A DNA stretch of 64,000 bases, from NCBI GenBank assembly GCA_973895155.1, contig OZ316896.1, positions 13,248,549-13,312,548 on the forward strand, in the 5' to 3' direction. Shown here piece after piece: positions 59,755 through 64,000 of the stretch (position 1 is its first letter; each line of letters starts with the position of its first letter). This DNA comes from Marsupella aquatica (lineage: Eukaryota; Plantae; Marchantiophyta). Below the pieces are notes generated by a model that worked only from the letters and a program-made list of their open reading frames with translations, searched no databases and was not told where the DNA came from. The translations under genes were made by a program, and so were the position numbers.

Positions 59755-62700
59755 ATGGCCGCAATTGTTGTTGCAGGGCAGAGGGGAAGCGGGAGTCCAG
59801 ACACTCTACGCCGCCTGCTGAACGATCTCTGCACTGGTCATCTTCCAGTCAAGGTGCGCTTACCGGATTAGTTCCGCTTTTCGTGGAAGGAGGAGCGTTC
59901 ATTGCAGAAGTCGGCATTCATGGGGTTTGCTCGGACAGGATTTATCGTTGCATCTGCTGGCTGGCTGCCTGCTCTGTCGGACTGAACGGTCTGATTTGTT
60001 TGCCCTCGTGCTTCGTTTGCATCGCAGGACGGAGCTTCGTTGACTGTGAGGAAACATGTCGAAGACGAGGCATGTGATTTGGGAGGGGAAGCGTTCACTC
60101 GTTTTATGGACACGTTATACGACCAACTCTCTACGTTGGTTAACAGTTCGGAAGTATCGGATAATCTCGGGGCTGTTCGAGCTATTGACGAACTTATTGA
60201 TGTACGACTGGGAGAGACGGCCACCAAAATTGGAAAATTCGCAGAGTATTTGAAGAAAATATTTGAGGAGAAGCAGGATCCCGACGTCTTGATTGCAGCG
60301 AGTGGAGCCTTGGGCCGTCTTGCCAGAGTTGGTGGGGCCTTCACAGCTGATGTGGTCGAGTATCAGGTCCGCCATTCTCGGATTGTCTATGCGCAGTGGC
60401 AGTTGTGCAGTTGAATTGTTATGCATGTCTGTGATGCAGAGTGATGTGGTAATTGAGTGTCAATGATGGCTTCGTCACCACAAAGACCATGGCAAGGAAT
60501 TGTTTCACGGGGCCTAATTTTTTTCATTACTGAATTCGTAAGAATTTAAAAGGGCAGACCAGACGAGTTTCATTCACAGGGTATGATAATGCATTAGCTT
60601 TGGTAAGAATTTACTGCGAGTACGTTGTTTGATTCGTCGATAATAAGAAGAGTCGGCCCGCGTAAAAATGGTGACGATTAGTAATGGGGACCTTGCTTAC
60701 AGGTTAAGCGTGCATTGGACTGGCTTCCAGCTCAGGGTGAACGAGCCGAGACTAGTCGGTTTGCAGCAGTTCTGATCTTAAAGGTTCGGGATCGTCTGCT
60801 CTTTGAACACCGTTTCAGATGACTGTGCTCGCTTTGCTGTAGATTTTATCAATTGACACTCTCACTGATTTCGCACTTGCAGCTAGTTGGCTTAGAAGCA
60901 GAATGCGCTACTGTCCATGTTCTACTCTGGTTTGTTTGTGCATTTACCGCCTTATTCACCTTGGCGGACTTCACTGTACCTCACGTTAGAAGCTGATTTT
61001 GATCGTCCTTCAGTGTGGACTTTGAAGTTCTTATGGTTTCGATTGATTCAAAGAGAAGGAGATCTTGGGGATGTTAACTCTCGTCGAGTGAGGCCTCGTG
61101 TCGATAATTCAAATTTTGTATACCGTGTGTGGATGGTTTTCTAGAATTAGGGTTTTGGAGTAGGTGCTTGTGGTAGATTCTCATCATGAATGTGGGTTGT
61201 ATGAGCAGGAGATGGCCGAGAACGCACCCACAGTTTTTAACGTGCACGTGTCTGTTTTTATTGAGCGTATTTGGTTTGCTCTGCGTGACAATAAGTTAGC
61301 TGTCAGGGAGCGAGCAGTTGACGCCCTCCGAGCTTGTTTATGTGTCATAGAAAAGAGAGAGACACGGTGGCGCGTGCAGTGGTACAACTACTAGCCTCTT
61401 CCTCTTCATCTTCTTCTCGTGCTTCGTTTTATTTCTACGGTCCCAGAATTGTTTTTTCAATTATGCTTTCCAGTGTTTTCCAACGTACAGCTTTCTCTAA
61501 GTCTTCGATGAACACTACTGTGGATGGGAGAGAATTATGGGTTATGCTGTTACTTTTGACTGGTTTGCTTCTCGCTATTCTTTGATTTGGTAATGCATTA
61601 GCTAGGGGTCCATCTTGGGGTGTTGTTTTGATGTACAAAACAGGCGGTTAAACTGTGACCGGGGATGTTCTGGCGCTAAGACTCCACAAGAATAATTATT
61701 ACTCCTTTGCTACTTGACATTGCTCCTTCTTTATGAGCCTTTACAATTGAGCCTGTTTTTTTCCTTCCCTTCGTTATCCGTGCTGATGGCATTGTTTATT
61801 TCGTCATCTAACCCAGATCGTCATCATCTGCAGGTATTATGGAATGTTTGAGAAGACTCAAGATGGTCTTGGGAAGAATGCAACAGTCGAAAGTATTCAC
61901 GGTTCATTGCTTGCTGTCGGTGAGCTTTTAAGGTGCTCATCTGGACTTTCCTGCTCTTTTCCGTGAACCATTGTTAAAAACGTTTTGACAAATATGGTGA
62001 AGTTCAAAGGTCGGATATGCAACTGGTTAACAGTCTTATCAATTTCTTGCTCAACGCTGTCAGCATAGTGCTTTGGAGATAGTTCAGACGACTGTAAGCA
62101 GTCTATTGCAGTGGTTACAGATTCGATCATATAGTGAAACTAGTGAAAGACCAGTTTATATTGGCAAAATACGCACCAAGTATTCCTTGATCGCTTATTG
62201 AGGAGAAGATCAAATATAGGAATCGAAGCAAGTAGTGCACAGTATGCTAGACCTTATAGCAGCGAAGGTCTTAAGGGCATCTAGACTTCTGCCTTGTCGA
62301 ATGTTGAGTTTCAAAGGACAAGAGTCGTGTGAAAAATGGTCATGGAATTGTCCCCTACAGTCTGTGAAAACGAATTAATCCTGATGAGCAATGATGAGGT
62401 ATATAACCCATGACTTTGGACATGGAAGCCTGTACAGCTTTTTTTGATTTTGGACTTGCAATCAACTCTTTCCATTGGGAGGCAACGTTGTTTTAAGTCT
62501 TTCATTCACTCCGTCATATTTATCCTGTACTGAGAAGTAGAGACAGCCGGTCATTACTCAAGGCTGTCTGTTCTTGATGAAAGTGAGGAATGAACGCAAG
62601 ATGACGTTGCGTTAGCCCTCTATGTGTGGCGCTTGGATGGCGGTCAGTATTAATTCACATATGGATTGGTTCAACCCAGGAATACACGAGAATTTATGAT

Positions 62701-64000
62701 GTCACGGTACAAGGAAGTCGCTGAAATTGTTTTCAAGTACCGAGAGCATCGTGATCGTCTCGTTCGGCGCAGCATCACTGCGCTGCTTCCCCGAATTGCA
62801 AATTTTCTTCGGGATCGATTCATAAATTCGTATTTGAAGGTACCTTTTTTTTTAATGTCCAGTGCACCTTGCTGATACTCCTCGTAGGTTACAAAGAGCT
62901 GTTTCGAATCAAAATAGACTTCTCGAGATGGCTGTGGAATAGTTGTGCATATTGGCAGAACTATTGTTTTGATGTGGACTGTTCAGATGAGAGTTCAAAA
63001 CCATCCCTTGCACGCTTTATCAGTAGGTGGCAAGCACAGTGCCCCCATGGATGAATTGCTACAACTCCTCTATAAAGCTCGAGCTTGAGAAATCTTCTTA
63101 GTAGTGTGAAGAATCTTGGAATTGGATTGATACAGTCTACCTCGTTCGAAGGGGTGTGGGGGGGTGGAGTGTTGCATGGGGATACCGTAGGTGAAGATAC
63201 AAGTGGCTCAGAAGCCTTTTATAATTGTTTTCTTACTGTTTCTTTAAATTCTTTCTTCTTAGATCTGTATGGAGCATCTTATAAATGTAATGCGCAACCC
63301 TGCGGAGCGAGCAAGTGGGTTTGTTGCCCTTGGGGAGATGGCAGGTGCTGTTGGCAAGGAATTAATTCCTTATCTTCCGGTCATCACCAGTCTTATAAAA
63401 GATGCGGTATGCGCTCTCTGTTCTTTGAGTTCAATTCAGCTCATGTCAAAGTGAAGATGAGGACGAGCAGACGTCTCTGTTGTGGCTTTTGATTAGCGTG
63501 GGTACCGTGTTACGCAGATAACGCCTCGTAGGGGCAGGCCGTCAATGGAGGCTCTTGCTTGTATCGGGCACCTGGCGGAGGCCCTAAATGAAGACATGGA
63601 GGAATATGTTAGAAGCATGCTGGACTTGATGTTTGCTGGTGGATTGTCACCGACACTAGTTGAATCTCTGAGGCAGATATCTACCAGGCATGTCTACTTG
63701 TCATGGTCTACCCAGAGATGGCAAACGAGTAGATTTTTGCAAGTGTCGGATTTTTGACTTTTGTGTTCTGTATCAGCTCTAGAGTTTTTGGTATAGCCTG
63801 TGTTTTGTAGTTCAGCCTTGAACGTTGAGGTGTCTGATTTTTTTTCATTTGGCGTTCATATGTTATAGAGACCAAAGATCTGTAGGTGTTCCGAAAATGA
63901 AATTTTGTTTTACATCGTCTGTAAACCTAAGAGTTCTTGCTTTGTGGGGTACAGTCTACCTTCTCTTCTTCCAACGGTTCAAGAGAAGTTATTGGAATCA
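59755..64000 (+). CDS. TOR: Target of rapamycin kinase, N-terminal HEAT-repeat exons (gene runs off the window)
   Basis: Exons 59755-59853, 60028-60366, 60703-60783, 61209-61381, 61834-61932, 62680-62839, 63263-63406, 63518-63687, 63955->64000. The translation matches plant TOR: RKHVE, GAVRAIDEL, FAAVLILKEMAENAPTVFNVHV, EKRETRWRVQWYY, IHGSLLAVGELLRNT, EFMMSRY, ERASGFVALGEMAGA, PSLLPTVQ. Confidence 0.97.

Noticed and set aside
27942-64000. Functional auxin-TOR gene cluster
   Set aside because: The genes are ~29 kb apart with TEs and an unrelated kinase between them. Proximity alone is not evidence without conserved synteny.

Overview
Eukaryotic nuclear DNA from a land plant, most likely a bryophyte such as a liverwort. 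That assignment is inferred from a long, Q-rich, MpIAA-like Aux/IAA gene and RLE-type LINEs. Three intron-containing genes can be reconstructed by hand: an Aux/IAA repressor (+, 27942-31085, 5 exons, ~798 aa), an ABC1K/UbiB atypical kinase of the At2g39190/ABC1K4 type (-, 56731-51647, 9 exons, ~1111 aa), and the 5' part of TOR kinase (+, from 59755, 9 exons visible, one GC-AG intron). The rest is repeat-rich: four pieces of CRE-like RT+RLE non-LTR retrotransposons (one near full length, with a 10-bp TSD and a nested MITE), a Copia-type solo LTR with TSD plus a truncated second copy, several MITE families and tandem arrays. No rRNA, intact tRNA or CRISPR array was seen. The most notable points are a 27-bp duplication inside the Aux/IAA PB1 domain whose copies differ only synonymously, and an RLE retrotransposon inserted at the axis of a DNA palindrome. 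Also notable are an orphan CpG island rich in AuxRE/bZIP motifs ~17 kb upstream of the Aux/IAA gene, a triplicated amphipathic helix in the ABC1K N-terminus, and a perfect 25-bp hairpin. All coordinates and alignments were worked out by eye; no database searches were run.
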